A stretch of 63,938 bases of DNA, the filler included, from Octopus bimaculoides (Eukaryota): NCBI RefSeq assembly GCF_001194135.2. It is 7 parts of 7 records of this genome, joined end to end, with 100 filler letters (N's around TTAATTAATTAA, not from the genome) between each part and the next. Parts side by side here need not be neighbours in the genome. Positions count along the whole stretch, not along the records: positions 62,502 to 63,938 come from NW_026437676.1; 6 more parts are not named here. The stretch is one strand, 5' to 3'. Shown one piece after another: positions 63,135 to 63,938 of this stretch. Numbering within the stretch: the first letter of the stretch is position 1; each line of letters opens with the position of its first letter. The notes under the pieces are model-generated. The model saw nothing but the letters and a program-made list of their open reading frames with translations, was not told where the DNA came from and searched no databases. Both the position numbers and the translations under genes were made by a program.

Positions 63135-63938
63135 TTAAACAGTCTGTTCGGAAGAACTTTCGGGCTGGGGCCCATGGATAACTTCCAAGGGTCCCTCGCC
63201 TGGCAGTGCTACCGAGGGGCGCTGCCTGTTCGAGATAAACTCTACCGGCTCGGAAAAGCTGTCAGCCGGGCCTGCCCGAGTTGTGCTCAGGATGACGAAA
63301 CCGTTCTGCACACACTCGTCCAGTGCCCGAGTATTGCTGACCTGTGGGTTTATGTCGAACAGCTACTGTCACGTGTAGGACGGATCCGGCTATCAGCTGA
63401 ATCCATCATGAAGATTGACCCGCCGACCTCCTTTAACCGGGAAGGCAAGGAAATTTTCCTATGTCTAGTGGCTATAGCAAAAGAGGTGGTATGGTGGACC
63501 CATTTGAAAGTCAGACACTTTCCTCTTTGGCCAAGGCCTCATCAACTTTTTCAAGTTCCACTTGAAAAGGAACATGAGAGTAGAGAGGGAAGTGCTGTCT
63601 ACTAGCAAATTTGTTGAAAGGTGGGTGACTCTAGGAAAAATGGCCAGTATGAACGGACCAATTCTGAGGATACAACTGTAAAAAAAGGTAATATAAAAGG
63701 AGAAGGGGCTCTATACCCCTTTTTATTTACAGACCAGGCTCCTGTGGCTTTTATGGGTTTTTCCACATGAAACCTTTTTAAGTGCCTCCCCCTTTTGGGA
63801 GTGTTATTTGTTATATCTTTCTCTGTTTTTCCATTGTTTACACAAACTTTTTCTTTTCGGACAAAACCCTTAGTAACCTTCGTCCTGTCTTTGTCCTTAC
63901 ATGTTTTTAATCTATATTAGCCCTTGTGGCCAATAAAA
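63135..63938 (+). mobile_element. Tx1/L1-clade LINE 3' fragment (zf-RVT-like) with 3' UTR
   Basis: SLAWQCYRGALPVRDKLYRLG..CPSCAQDDETVLHTLVQCP..AKEVVWW. It is homologous to 2826-3520 and ends in AATAAAA at the window edge. Confidence 0.85.

Overview
This is eukaryotic, AT-rich, repeat-dominated DNA from a gapped short-read assembly (about 5 kb of N, including six artificial N44-TTAATTAATTAA-N44 spacers). The SINE families and the very dense (TA)n/(CA)n/(AAT)n microsatellites suggest a coleoid cephalopod, probably Octopus (inference). There is no complete protein-coding gene, rRNA, true tRNA or CRISPR array. Most ORFs in the supplied track are microsatellite or N artefacts. The real coding signal comes from decayed mobile elements: two Tx1/L1-like 3' ends, an RTE 3' end, three head-to-tail R4/Dong-like RLE fragments inside (AAT)n plus an R4-like RT, Penelope-like RT and GIY-YIG relics, a CR1/L2-like ORF1+APE piece and 3' end, a Tc1 relic, and two copies of a TA-flanked DNA-transposase family. 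There are also three tRNA-derived SINE families, a palindromic MITE, a HINE-like element and minisatellites. The most striking signal is absent from the ORF track: ten type I hammerhead-ribozyme (HHR) motifs from several sequence families, seven with an intact CUGANGA/GAAA core. Four of them form two independent inverted-repeat elements (26074-26606 and 48882-49155) with an outward-pointing hammerhead at or near the outer end of each arm. Up to three short minus-strand exon candidates may belong to a large host gene. All calls were made by eye; no searches or folding programs were run.
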